From Diplonema japonicum (lineage: Eukaryota > Protista > Euglenozoa: Diplonemea), in contig OZ025716.1 of the NCBI GenBank assembly GCA_964019335.1, forward strand, positions 429,232-493,231: DNA of 64,000 bases. The letters run 5' to 3'. Position 1 is the stretch's first letter. Each line of letters opens with the position of its first letter. Shown in pieces: positions 32,423 to 43,658 of the stretch. The notes under the pieces were generated by a model. It had not been told where the DNA came from and searched no databases. It was given only the letters and a program-made list of their open reading frames with translations. Both the position numbers and the translations under genes were made by a program.

Positions 32423-34636
32423 ATGTCCGATAACTCGCAGTTTCCCGAGGCTATCGATGACCTAGCTACTGTCAACGACACCTTCTTTGTACACCTGCGC
32501 GGATTCATGGAGAATAAACATGACCTACAGAAAATCTGGGCGGATGAGGTTCCTGAGGAAGGGAAGGAAAGAGTTATGGGAATAGAGGCGTTCGATGTAG
32601 TTCCCGACGGGGAGGGGGCACGGACTAGCGTACGTGGCCGTCCCGTGGAGAGTGTGGGGGACGTATATGAGTCGGCTGAGCTAGTGAAGGGGTTTTTCCA
32701 CGAGGCAGTGGAGAAGGTAGGTGTACGTTGCGGGGTGGAGACCAAGGTCCCACAAGAGCTGAAAGCACGTTTAAGAGCAGAGGAGAAAGTAGCAAATGAC
32801 TACAACGACAAACCGCTCCCTCCCGCCTCTTGGCTCTTCGATGTTTTGAGGTGCTCGCTGCTGCCACAGACTCCTATGGAGCTTTTGTGCGTCCTAGATG
32901 ACCTTAACTCGTCGCCTGACTTCAAGCTCTTGCGCCTCAAGAACCGTTTCAACCCACCTTTGCCCAACGGGTATCGCGACTTGCTCATCCTTGCTAAGGT
33001 GCAGCCGGAGGGAACAGAGACTGTACACATCTGCGAGATTCAGATACATCTCGCTTCGTTGTACTCCATCAAGAGTAACTCACACGGACATTACAGATAC
33101 TTCCGTGACTATTTCAAGGGGGCGGATTCGGTGGCCGTCGAAGCACGTCTCACTGCCCTACGTGATGTGTACCAGTCCGGTTCGGAGTCACTTCAAGACA
33201 TTTTAAAGAGAACAATCGCCGCGAACGACCCTGACACAATGTGGTCCCTTTCCACTGTGCTTCTTGACCTTGAGGAGTATCGCGCCGTGCGATCAGTTCT
33301 CTTAGCTCTGGAAAACGTTCTTGGCGCATCGGAGGGGAAGAGCTCAGAAAACTACCTCAGAACTGTGAAAGAGCTGGCTGATCTTTACACTCTGCACCTG
33401 CCGACATACCACCACGAGGCAGAAGAGATGTACCGAAAGATATTAGCAGTTAGGGACGACATGGACACGGAGGAGTCACTTGCCAATTTGCTGGACAACC
33501 TTGGCCGTCCCGATGAGGCAAAGATTCTTTATGAGAAGCTCGTCGATGGCAACACAAAGGCATACGGTGCTAATTCACGGAAGACTGCCCTCACGAAGTA
33601 CAACCTGGGACACTGTTATGCAAAGCTTGGCACCTACGAAGAGGCAAAATCGATGTACAAGGAAGCGGAAGAGGTGTTCGTGAGTATTGGAGAGTCGAAT
33701 CTGGTAACGAAAACGATGGAGGGCACGGCGATCTGTTTGGACTACCAAGAAAAATACGCGCAGGCATTGCCCATCTTCCGCAAGGTCGTAGATCACCAGG
33801 AGCGCTTTTCTGGAAAGGAGTCTATCCACGTCTCTAAGGCTCTGCAGAACCTTGGAGTCTGCTGCACGTTCTTGGAACTCTTCGACGAGGCTGAGGAGTG
33901 TTTAACACGAGCACTGGGAATCAAAGAGCACATCTTCGGGGAGGTACACACTTCGACAGCAGTGGGGTACCAAGCCCTAGGAAAATTATACACAAGTTCG
34001 GGCAAAGCCAGGGAGGCAATTGAAGTGTTCCAGCGCTGCGTTGACATTCGGACAGAGCTGCTGGGTGAGATGAACATGGATGTTGGTACAGCCCTTTTTT
34101 CTCTGGGAGGTTGCCAGGAACAGATTGGTGAAGTTCATGAAGCCATAGAGTCATACATAAAGGTGGTAAAAATACGCGAAGCCGACCAGACGGGTATACA
34201 GGACCTCTGCCACAGTTATCAGCGTCTTGCAGTAGCGTACTCCAAGGTAGGTGACACTGCGAGCTCCATCCGCTATTTCACTCTCAGCCTCGGACACACG
34301 AAGGACCCCATTCAACTATCGCAGTCCTACCACAATCTTGGGCTCCTCAATCTTCAGGTCGGAGCTCCAGATGACGCACGTGATGCCTTCACCCAGGCAT
34401 TGGCCTTGCGCCGCACTTGCTGCCCCGATGGTGCACCCCAGATCCTCCATACAGTCGAGCAGCTCGCCCTTCTTGCCGATTCAACCGGAGATTACAAAGA
34501 GGCCTTGTGCCTTGGGGACGAAGTAGTTAGCATCTTAGAAGAGGCTTTGGGAAGCGAGCACGAGCTAACAGTCTCCAAGAAGGAGTGGAGGGACACCGTG
34601 AAGGCGAAGATCGCATCGGAAGAAGTTTCTATGTGA
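32423..34636 (+). CDS. RelA/SpoT synthetase-like nucleotidyltransferase domain fused to TPR repeats
   Basis: LKARLRAEEK...DVLR...RLKNRF...NGYRD...EIQIH, followed by about 9 TPR-like repeats (NLGHCYAKLGTYEEA, NLGVCC...EAEECLTRAL). Confidence 0.75.
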   Translation: MSDNSQFPEAIDDLATVNDTFFVHLRGFMENKHDLQKIWADEVPEEGKERVMGIEAFDVVPDGEGARTSVRGRPVESVGDVYESAELVKGFFHEAVEKVGVRCGVETKVPQELKARLRAEEKVANDYNDKPLPPASWLFDVLRCSLLPQTPMELLCVLDDLNSSPDFKLLRLKNRFNPPLPNGYRDLLILAKVQPEGTETVHICEIQIHLASLYSIKSNSHGHYRYFRDYFKGADSVAVEARLTALRDVYQSGSESLQDILKRTIAANDPDTMWSLSTVLLDLEEYRAVRSVLLALENVLGASEGKSSENYLRTVKELADLYTLHLPTYHHEAEEMYRKILAVRDDMDTEESLANLLDNLGRPDEAKILYEKLVDGNTKAYGANSRKTALTKYNLGHCYAKLGTYEEAKSMYKEAEEVFVSIGESNLVTKTMEGTAICLDYQEKYAQALPIFRKVVDHQERFSGKESIHVSKALQNLGVCCTFLELFDEAEECLTRALGIKEHIFGEVHTSTAVGYQALGKLYTSSGKAREAIEVFQRCVDIRTELLGEMNMDVGTALFSLGGCQEQIGEVHEAIESYIKVVKIREADQTGIQDLCHSYQRLAVAYSKVGDTASSIRYFTLSLGHTKDPIQLSQSYHNLGLLNLQVGAPDDARDAFTQALALRRTCCPDGAPQILHTVEQLALLADSTGDYKEALCLGDEVVSILEEALGSEHELTVSKKEWRDTVKAKIASEEVSM

Positions 34637-34743
34637 TATTGCACCAACCCGTGGGAACAGTGTATTTTTCAGTTTTATATTTTAGCAACATTTATCGGAC
34701 CTCCAACCTCCAGGTACCATTTAAAAAAAGAAAAAAAGAAAGA

Positions 34744-35613
34744 ATGATGACAACATACGAGTCCATCCCGAGGATGGCTTCGCACATGTTGCAGCATGAT
34801 CCATACGTCGTGAGGAGTGAGTTCCGCCAAGGGATAGAGGCTCTAATTGAAAAAGGGGACCTCACAGGTGTGGGGAGGCTTCACTTTCAGGAATGCATCA
34901 GAAGCATGCACACCGGAAGGGTCCGGGAGTTCGTTGAGGCGTGGATGACAGAAGACGTAGCGTACACGTCTGAAGGACTTCCGTTTGGCATGAATGTTGA
35001 TGGAAGGGAGGAATACCTAAGAAACTACAACGAGGTAATCACAGGGCACTACGGGTCGCCCGATGCGCATATGGTCTTCAGGCTTGACGGGTTGGCAAGG
35101 CTTTCGGAGAAGGACCTAAGGTTAGACATGACGGTCACGACGAAGGGGAAGCGGGATATGGTGGAGAGGATACGGATGGACTTTACGTACAACGACATGT
35201 TCCAGCTGTGCAGGGCCATGGTAACGACGCCAGATCATGTCAGCCCCACGCTTTCCATTTGTGGGGCAGCCATCAAGCCTGTATGCTCAAAGCCTATAAA
35301 GAAGCTGAAACCAACCCGCAAGCCCGTGCCATCTCGCGTCATTGAACCCTCCACCATTGTCCAGGCCCCTTCCTTCGACCGCCCTTGCCTCCACAACCTC
35401 TGGGACTCCGTCAGGACCAAGAAGGGTATTGCTTTGCTGCGCTGCAGAACCTGTGTGTCGCAATGGAAGCTCGTTGCCTCCGACATCATGAAGTGCAGGA
35501 GGTTCCTCTCCGAGCAGGGGTGCCCGTTGGGTACGCTTTGTGACAACCTTCATATCCATGCAAGAAAGAAGACCTTTGAGGACAGGGTTGTCAAGGATAC
35601 GGAAAGCCCATGA
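34744..35613 (+). CDS. SnoaL/NTF2-like + Cys/His domain + CCCH zinc finger protein, paralogue A
   Basis: CLHNLWDSVRTKKG...RCRTC...W and C-x7-C-x5-C-x3-H; paralogue at 39414. The SnoaL-like call is tentative. Confidence 0.6.
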   Translation: MMTTYESIPRMASHMLQHDPYVVRSEFRQGIEALIEKGDLTGVGRLHFQECIRSMHTGRVREFVEAWMTEDVAYTSEGLPFGMNVDGREEYLRNYNEVITGHYGSPDAHMVFRLDGLARLSEKDLRLDMTVTTKGKRDMVERIRMDFTYNDMFQLCRAMVTTPDHVSPTLSICGAAIKPVCSKPIKKLKPTRKPVPSRVIEPSTIVQAPSFDRPCLHNLWDSVRTKKGIALLRCRTCVSQWKLVASDIMKCRRFLSEQGCPLGTLCDNLHIHARKKTFEDRVVKDTESP

Positions 35614-37207
35614 GTTATGTAAGTCCCCTTTTGTCACGCAGTCGTTCGGAAAGCACCTCTAACTTGCAGAATGAAGAACAGAAAGAGTGACAACACGGGT
35701 TAGAACGCCGACTGTTTTTTTTTTTTCTTTGATGCCGTTTCTTTTTAAAAAAACGGGATTGTCCTTCACTTACGAGAAAAGAACGGAGAAAAAGAAAAAA
35801 GACTTTCGGTATGCCGCCTCTCGCATATTCCTCTCGCTTTTTTTTTTTTTAAAGTTCGTTTTTTTTTTTTTTTTGCTTACGTTGAATAAGGTCCAACGAA
35901 GCACAGAGAAACAATTCGATTCCTCCCTTTTGCTTACATGAGCCATTTAAGGCTCCTTTCGTCCGGTCCTGATCTCATCGGGGTGTGGCGGGAGAATTTC
36001 TTTGACAGCAGTAACTTTCTATTCCTCAACCAGTTTACTTTTTTCTTTTTTGCATGTGATAGTGATACCATGGCAAAGAAGTATAATTTATCTTGATACG
36101 TAGAAGGGCATACAAACACCAAGATTTTTATAGTGAATGAAACTTTCCTTTACTCAGAAATCGCTTCCAGAGGCGGAGGGTCGACAGCGTCGAAAAAACC
36201 CACGAGTCTGAGAAAGTTTACACCCCTCTGCGAACCCCCATATTTTCCTCTTTTTCTTTTTTAACTACCAGCTATCTCCCCGTACCAGCAGCATGATTAC
36301 CTCTTTTTTTTTTTGTTACATTTTTTTTAACATGGTGATTAAGAGCAGATTATATACAAAAAGAAATCCATGGAAGAAAGACAGACATGAAAAAAAGAGA
36401 AAGAAAAGAGAGAAAGGGTGCAAAACATCGCCAAACCATGCTGCAAACTAACTCTGTGCGTGTTTTCTGCCTTCTTTCTTGTTTCTTTTTTAATACACGT
36501 ATAGTTTCCACGATTTCTCATTGTTCTTACCTGCCTTGCGTTAATCTTTTGTCTATTTTAAAAAGAAAAACGCCTTTTTACTTCCTTTCACATATATTTC
36601 TTTCCTACTCCGCCGTTTGGTTTGAGAAGAAAGGTACAACTCAAAGCACACAAGCCCGAGACATGAAGTCTCAAAGGGAAAAAGTTATTCTGAGTAGTAA
36701 TTTCTTCCTCCCTGTATTACTTTATTTTCTGGGTGGGCCGTTGCTATAGTGAATTTTTCTTCCCTTTATCTTTGCACCTCTAGCACCCCTTCAAATTAAC
36801 TCTTCTGGTTGATTGGCTGCTGCCCTTTGCTTTTGCCAGATTGCTTGTGCGCCGTTGTCCACCTTCTCATGAAGATCTTCTCGCAGCTTGTTGCACCAAG
36901 CAAATTGAAGCTACAGAGATATATTAGAGGTGAGGAAACAAGATATATTACCTCGGTGGTTGAACGCGGCGTCCTCGTGGATCGTCCTGCTGACTTAGTA
37001 GTCCAAGCTTCAGGTGGATGATTCCGAACCTGACTTGTCGCAGTGACTGACGCTTGTGCGCGGCAGCAAGTCTTACGGCGTGCCACAGCTGCTTTTGTAC
37101 GTCTGTGGGAGTGTGAGACTTAATTAGAAATGAGCAGATGAGAAGGATTTCCTTTGAATGCCTCTTCATTTTTACTGCGTTTGAACACCAACAGGAAGGA
37201 CAGAACC

Positions 37208-39328
37208 ATGAGCAGAGCTTTGTTGGAAAACTTGCAAAAAGTGCGCAACAACACCCAATGGGGGCAAGTACTGAAGGAGTTGTCGAAGAATAAAGGTGAA
37301 TGGAAGGGAAGGGAAGGGAGAGAGATCATGCGGAGGGCGGGGCAAGGCGTGGACTGCAGGGAGTTGAGAGGACTTGGGTTGGTCTTGGTAAGCATGGGAA
37401 GAATGAAATATGTCGACGATGGTTTCCTTGCAAGGGTGGTGAATGGGGTGAGGCGCGACGGGCTACTTGGGAGGGATCCTACTCAGGTCGGATGGCTGTG
37501 TAGTGGTCTCTCTTGGCTTGGCACACGTGATCCGTACCTCACTGAACAGATAACCGAGACTCTTGCGAGATGGTGCCTCGCTGATTCCCCAAGAGAGAGT
37601 GAGCCAGTCATGGCACTAGTTACAACTTTGTCCCGAATGAGGCCTAGTGAGAACAACCACCTTCCTCTTATCCTCAACCGGATCATCACCAGCCCACAAT
37701 TACCCCCCAGGTCTGTTTGCGCCATTCTGTCATTCGCGAAGCGGCTTCAATACCGTCCACCGCCTGAAGTAATCAACAAGATAGTAAAGGTGTTCTCAAA
37801 GACAGAACAACCATGGGAGCGATACATCCCACTATACTTGCACGAGAGAAGTTTCCCTGCTACCGGTGTGGGTAGGTTTGTGGAAAAGAAACTATTGCAA
37901 GGGATGGTACAGAATAAAGCTCACTGGTGGGTAGGCATTACCCGCTGGGCGAACGAGCTGCTGTTTTTAGCAAGTAAGAGCATAGAAGGACGGACAATTA
38001 TGAAAGAGGAATTGTTGCTGAATCACACCGTAGTAAAGGCACTTACCCAAGTGGTTGGTTCGGAAGTTGACATCGGAATGCTGACGCAGGCGGTGTCAAG
38101 GGTTGGGGATGAGGACAGTTTAAAGGTTTTGCAAAGCTTGATAGAAGCCGAATCAGACCGATTGGCAAAATCACCACAGTTCATAGTGAGCTTTCTCTAT
38201 GCCACAGCCATAAGGAACGAGAACTGGATGATGGAGTTTCTAGATAAGTATTATGTCCCGTCTTGTATTCCCCCGGGTTATGTTCTCGCGACAATAGGCT
38301 CCTTGCACTCCCTGGGGTTGCATGAGAAGGTGTCCGAAGCTGTCAAGCTTCTTTTTTCGCTAAGAGCCTTCCCGTACCTCTCAACACCCGATGTTCACGC
38401 TATACTTCAAGTGCAGCGGGCTGTACCCGACAACAGAGCCATTACGTCGCTCTTGCAAAGGATCATCGAGCTTATGACTAAAACAGATGAGGAGAGTGTG
38501 GCGTGTGTGCGAATGATATTGAAGGAAAACCCGAGCATGTACAAAACGGCAGAGCAGTACGTAGGGCGGGACAAGCTGGACGGGCAGATCCAATTTGCAA
38601 GGCTTCTCGTTGGAGACTGCGATGCGTATGAAACAGTGATGGCTTTAGACAGGACGACGTACGTGGATGTGTTTTGCCACATGCACATGTTTGAAGGTGA
38701 CGTAGAGCAGGGCATCATTGCAGGAATCTGCGATCGCAAGATTGATGAACTTTCAGCCAGTGAGTGCATAATATGCCTAGGGGCTTTGACGAAGGGAACA
38801 GATTTCATGGTACTCCAGCTTTTCGACAGTCGCTTCACGCGAGAAGCATTGTCGAGGACAGTCACCCCTGAGCAGCTCTGTCGGGTTTTATCGTCATTCG
38901 ACGCTCTGCATTCACGGCCTGAGGCACTACTGGACCTCATTAATAAAAACACGCAAAGGCATCGCGACATGTTCTCCACGTTGTACAAAACACGCCCTGT
39001 CCAGCTCTTAGATCTGTGTTTCAGCCTTCAGAATCTTCGCGTTCCAAGACACCCAAGTTACAAGGCACTTACTAGTTACGTTAGTGCATTTCCCAGCACG
39101 CCAACTATGTTCAACACCTGCAAAGCGATTTCTGCGATGTCGCGCTCCACCTGTGTCACCCCTTCTCTTATTCCCTGGATCGAGACAGAGCTTCAGACTA
39201 AGCTCACACGGAGCAACATAGGCACCGACACGATTGCCAATGCCATTAAAGATCTCGACGCCGTAGGCGTCGTGCCTCCAACATGCCTAGTTGAGGCTCT
39301 GGAGTTACGCAAAAAACCGAACGATTAA
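37208..39328 (+). CDS. Hypothetical alpha-helical repeat protein (~706 aa)
   Basis: Long uninterrupted ORF with Leu-rich helical pattern; no firm family. Confidence 0.65.
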   Translation: MSRALLENLQKVRNNTQWGQVLKELSKNKGEWKGREGREIMRRAGQGVDCRELRGLGLVLVSMGRMKYVDDGFLARVVNGVRRDGLLGRDPTQVGWLCSGLSWLGTRDPYLTEQITETLARWCLADSPRESEPVMALVTTLSRMRPSENNHLPLILNRIITSPQLPPRSVCAILSFAKRLQYRPPPEVINKIVKVFSKTEQPWERYIPLYLHERSFPATGVGRFVEKKLLQGMVQNKAHWWVGITRWANELLFLASKSIEGRTIMKEELLLNHTVVKALTQVVGSEVDIGMLTQAVSRVGDEDSLKVLQSLIEAESDRLAKSPQFIVSFLYATAIRNENWMMEFLDKYYVPSCIPPGYVLATIGSLHSLGLHEKVSEAVKLLFSLRAFPYLSTPDVHAILQVQRAVPDNRAITSLLQRIIELMTKTDEESVACVRMILKENPSMYKTAEQYVGRDKLDGQIQFARLLVGDCDAYETVMALDRTTYVDVFCHMHMFEGDVEQGIIAGICDRKIDELSASECIICLGALTKGTDFMVLQLFDSRFTREALSRTVTPEQLCRVLSSFDALHSRPEALLDLINKNTQRHRDMFSTLYKTRPVQLLDLCFSLQNLRVPRHPSYKALTSYVSAFPSTPTMFNTCKAISAMSRSTCVTPSLIPWIETELQTKLTRSNIGTDTIANAIKDLDAVGVVPPTCLVEALELRKKPND

Positions 39329-39413
39329 ATGTCAGTTTTCTGAAGTCATTTTTTTTTTTCTTTTGCATATTTCCTTACGAGTTTTTCAAAGTGCCACCAC
39401 AGGACCGATAAAA

Positions 39414-40232
39414 ATGACAGAACCCGTCCAAAACCAGTGCTTGAGCAGCGGGTACCGCCGTCAGATAGGGTCTTTGGTCGTGGATGGGGATCTTGTGGGG
39501 ATACAGAAGCAGTTTGTTCAGGAGTATATGAACAGCATGAGTACTGGAAAGCTCCAAGAATTCGCTGAGGCATGGTACTCAGCAGACGTGGTGCACAGGT
39601 CTGAGGGACTTCCGTTCAGCTTCCAATCCGATGGGAGGGAGGGTTACCTGAAAAGTTACAACGACTTAATCACAGGGCACTACGGGTCACCCGATGCGGA
39701 GATGCTGATAGCAGTCGACGGCATGGCAAGACTTGCAGAAAAGAATACAAGGTTAGACATGACGGTCACGACAACAGGGAAGCGGGATATGGTGGAGAGG
39801 ATACGGATGGACTTTACGTACAACGACATGTTCCAGGTATCCAATGTGATGATCACCACACCTGACAGTACCAGCTCCGTGTACTCGGCTTGCGGGGCTG
39901 TCATAAAGCCTGTGACAACTAGACAAACCAACCAGTCCTCAAGGAAGTCAGCCCGCAGGTCCCAACCAAGGGAGCCCTCTACTATTGTCCAAGCACCGAG
40001 CTTCCACCGCCCTTGCCTCCACAACCTCTGGGACTCTGTTAGGATCAAGAAAGGTGTCGTCTTGTTGCGCTGCAGGACTTGTGTATCGCAATGGAAGCTT
40101 GCTGCCTCTGAGATTGTGAAGTGCAAGAGCTTCCTCTCCGAGCAGGGGTGCCAGTTGGGTGCGCTTTGTGACAACCTTCATATCCATGCAAGAAAGAAGA
40201 CCTTTGAGGACAGGGTTGCAGAAAGCTCATGA
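39414..40232 (+). CDS. SnoaL/NTF2-like + CCCH zinc finger protein, paralogue B
   Basis: Shares ITGHYGSPDA, GKRDMVERIRMDFTYNDMFQ and the zinc-finger tail with 34744-35613. Confidence 0.6.
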   Translation: MTEPVQNQCLSSGYRRQIGSLVVDGDLVGIQKQFVQEYMNSMSTGKLQEFAEAWYSADVVHRSEGLPFSFQSDGREGYLKSYNDLITGHYGSPDAEMLIAVDGMARLAEKNTRLDMTVTTTGKRDMVERIRMDFTYNDMFQVSNVMITTPDSTSSVYSACGAVIKPVTTRQTNQSSRKSARRSQPREPSTIVQAPSFHRPCLHNLWDSVRIKKGVVLLRCRTCVSQWKLAASEIVKCKSFLSEQGCQLGALCDNLHIHARKKTFEDRVAESS

Positions 40233-40618
40233 GGCGTAAAACGAATTTTCGTCATGAAAAGGTTTTGTCAAATAACTGATTCATTTCTGTAAAACGAATT
40301 CAGATAAATGAGAACAAGGGAGCGTCTGGCATCCTTTTACTCATACCCTTTTCCCGTCACTTTTTCTTGACGAAGGTTTTTGTTTCACAGTATTGGGAAG
40401 GCAAGATTCGAAGGAAAGGAACAATCCAAACATTTTGCGGCCTGAAGTTTTCCTTACGGACGTTTCTTCCTTCAAGGCGCATCTTCTACAGAGTTGCTAC
40501 AGTGCTAGAGTTCTTCTTAAGCGACAAGACGGCCACGCCCTTTTTAAAGCTCTAGTTCAACTTGGCTCGGGAGACGACTTCCCCGTGGCCGCATCGTAGG
40601 CACGTTTCGCTAAGAAAC

Positions 40619-40621
<3 letters not shown>

Positions 40622-40663
<42 letters not shown>
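40622..40663. repeat. (CT)n microsatellite / polypyrimidine tract
   Basis: About 21 CT units upstream of the Mpv17 gene. Confidence 0.95.
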
Positions 40664-40667
<4 letters not shown>

Positions 40668-40733
40668 CTTACTCCTCAGTTTATACTTTTTCCCCCTCTC
40701 TTTTTAACCGACACTCCTCTCAAAAGGCCCGGC

Positions 40734-41306
40734 ATGAGTTGGGTATGGCGATTCATCGATAAGAGTACGATACGGTATCCATTACAGACTAAGGTGCTGG
40801 TGGCGGGATGTCTTACATGTGCTGCGGATGTTTGTGTGCAGAAGTGGATCGAAGGGAGTGATGTAGAAAAGGAACGAACGGGTAGAATTGTGGCGTGGAG
40901 GATGTGTCTGCACACGCCCCTGGCGCACTATTGGTTCAACTACCTCGACAAAGCGTTCGGTGTGTCAATGGCACCTAGGGTGGTCGTCAAAAAGATCTTT
41001 CTTGATCAATGTGTAGCCTCTCCCCTCGTACACCTCCTCTTCCTCCCCTTCATGTCTCTCCTTGAAGGTGCTACTATTGACGATGCTTTTCGGAAGCTTT
41101 CTTCATCTTACATCGACATCATGAAGGCTTCTTTTTACTATTGGCCTTTTGTTCACCTCCTTACTTTTGGGGTCGTCCCTCTCCGACACCGGGTCTTGTT
41201 CACAAGCTTTGCCGGAATGATTTGGATGAGCGTCCTCAGCAGCATGAACCAACGAGCTGTCGATACCCTTCATGGCGAGGCCAATGTGCAGCTTGGCCAA
41301 CAATAG
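40734..41306 (+). CDS. Mpv17/PMP22 family membrane protein
   Basis: YPLQTK...ADVCVQ...HYWFNYLD...KKIFLDQ...YWPFVHLLTFGVVPLRHRVLF. Confidence 0.9.
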   Translation: MSWVWRFIDKSTIRYPLQTKVLVAGCLTCAADVCVQKWIEGSDVEKERTGRIVAWRMCLHTPLAHYWFNYLDKAFGVSMAPRVVVKKIFLDQCVASPLVHLLFLPFMSLLEGATIDDAFRKLSSSYIDIMKASFYYWPFVHLLTFGVVPLRHRVLFTSFAGMIWMSVLSSMNQRAVDTLHGEANVQLGQQ

Positions 41307-41422
41307 ATATATCCGATTTTCGATTATCATTCTCATTTTATTTCAGCAGAGTGCAATGGTTCTTTTGTTGTTTTCTTTTGCTTTTGTCTTTGTTTCTCAT
41401 AACACAGGGGGTAAAAGAAAAC

Positions 41423-42343
41423 ATGAGCATCGTTTTATTTATAAAAGCTCCCTCCATGGAGGTGCAGCAGATAGAAGTTGGCGGAACTGAATCATTGAAA
41501 GAGCTCTATAAAAAGGTGTCTGTTGCCACGGGGATCACACAACAATTCACTTTGCTACATGAAGGCAAGGCGTTGGGGGCTTCAGAGAGTGCAGTGAACG
41601 ACACAAACTTGGAAGAGGGAAGCGAAGTGAACCTGGAGCGGGTGGTGTGTCGTGTTCGCGTAGAAGATTTAAAAGAAGAAAGAAAGGAGATCCAGCAACG
41701 TGTTGCTGAGCAAAAGGGTCTTGTGCTTGAGATCGTAGTGTCGGGAAGCATGCTCGAGATGGATGGTGGGGACATCCCAGAAGGTGTGGAGCACGTTGTT
41801 ATTACCGATCCTGACAACACGGTGGTTGCAATTAAAAGCAGTTTTCTAAGCTACAGCAACATCAAGACCCTCCAGCTGTGCTTGGGAAGCGTGAAGCACA
41901 TAGAAAGCTATTTTTTATCAAGTTCCACAATCACATCCATCGACGTCGCCTCCATGACAGGCGTCACAGTGGTCGACGGATATTTCCTTTTTCAATGTGA
42001 GGAACTCACGTCCTTCACCACACCCTTCAGCCTCCGCAGCATTCCGAGCTACTTCATGTTCCAGTGTAGCGCGCTTGTTTGCGTGGATTTCTCCTCTTTG
42101 ACGGATGTTGCCACCATCGGCAACTGCTTCCTCAGCAATTGCAAAGCATTGAAGAAGATTGACATCACCCCACTTCGCAAGTTGCAAAAGGTGGACAGCT
42201 TTTTCTTAGCAAATTGTTACGCTCTTCACAAGCTGGACTTCAGTCCTCTGAATGGCACCGTCGTATCGGATGAAGGGTTCTTGGACGCGACACGCGTGCC
42301 CATCGAGGAGCGCAATTTGATGCTCTTAGGTCCGAACGTCTAA
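41423..42343 (+). CDS. Ubiquitin-like + BspA-type leucine-rich repeat protein
   Basis: Ubl (IVLFIK...ESLKELYKKV...LLHEGKAL), then repeats such as VATIGNCFLSNCKALKKIDI. Confidence 0.8.
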   Translation: MSIVLFIKAPSMEVQQIEVGGTESLKELYKKVSVATGITQQFTLLHEGKALGASESAVNDTNLEEGSEVNLERVVCRVRVEDLKEERKEIQQRVAEQKGLVLEIVVSGSMLEMDGGDIPEGVEHVVITDPDNTVVAIKSSFLSYSNIKTLQLCLGSVKHIESYFLSSSTITSIDVASMTGVTVVDGYFLFQCEELTSFTTPFSLRSIPSYFMFQCSALVCVDFSSLTDVATIGNCFLSNCKALKKIDITPLRKLQKVDSFFLANCYALHKLDFSPLNGTVVSDEGFLDATRVPIEERNLMLLGPNV

Positions 42344-43658
42344 TCTCGGAAAGAAATAAAGGAAAAAATATAAAAGGAAGAGAAATGGAGAACGAATTTT
42401 GACCCCTTTCATATGAACGATTTCCTTACTTGCTTTAAACCCTTTTTCATGACGGAATCCATGTCTGTAAACTCACAACTATCCAGAAAGGTGAAAACAA
42501 CAGCGGGGACCTGTGGGTAAAGATAGAATATGAGTAGGATAACAGTGTTCGTGAAGACAGAAAATGGGGTTCACGATATGGAAGTGTCCTCACCCTAAGT
42601 TGTTTTGGAATTGAAGCTCGTTGACGTGGGGCTGCTTCTGGTGGAGGTGGGGAGCAACGTCGGTGCACTCGTGTTTTAAACGAATTTTAATACTAACATC
42701 ACCTGTGTTCCCAATTACTTCTTGTCGGGGTGCACCTCCCATCAGGACATCGACCTCGCACCACTTATAGGCGCCCGTAGTACTTACTTCTTGCACCTCC
42801 CTAAGGACTGTCGATGCTTCTCACTGGTTGCCTAAAAAGATGAAGAAAGTTAGGAAAGGAATGGAAAACTGAAAGGAAAAAGGAATCCTGGGCGCTGCTT
42901 GTTTATTTTTCGGGCGGCACCTAACCGAAACAAGTACCCTAGAATGTGTAAACGTGTCGTCCAGCGATTATGTTTCACCGCTGCCGTGATACAGTTCAAG
43001 TATCACGGAGGGATGTTCATCTCGAGGCACAGGTGTTGCACGTTAGACTCTGGGTCTTCGAGTATTCAAGTCGTGTTTTCAAAATCTTCTCGGTTAGTTT
43101 AAGGATGCAAAGATTGCTCGTGAGGTAGAGTATATGGGGCAGTAGCTTCTATTGTGTGATCTGTTTTTTGTTCGGTTTCGGCAGTGGCCTTGCGCAATTC
43201 TGCGGAACGTATTCGTCCACCCGTGCCTCGCCACCATGAGGTTGTGCATCCTTCAGCAACATCCCCAAGAGTGGAAAAGAAGTTGCTACGCCAGGCGGCA
43301 ATTAAGTTCATTCTTCTTCTTTATTGGGTGGTGGGGATAACACAGAAATGTGGAAATATAAAGAAGTACATCAGATGTGTTGTTCGCTGTTGACCTCCAT
43401 GTCGGTCATCACCGGTGGCGCCCGAGTGGAAGAACGTACTGATGCTCAGGATGACGAACACAGGCAGCAAACTGCACTGGATCAGAATCTTGGTTACCAG
43501 GGGCACCCTGGCTGGGGTTGAGTTGCACACCCACGCACGACGCGGACGCAGAAGAAGCTATAGCCTAGTGCCCCTGTTATCCTGTTATCAAGTAGACGAT
43601 GCTTGAGCAGGGCGCCCTGCCACATACTGTGGCACCCTTAAATAATCTCTTTTTTTTA

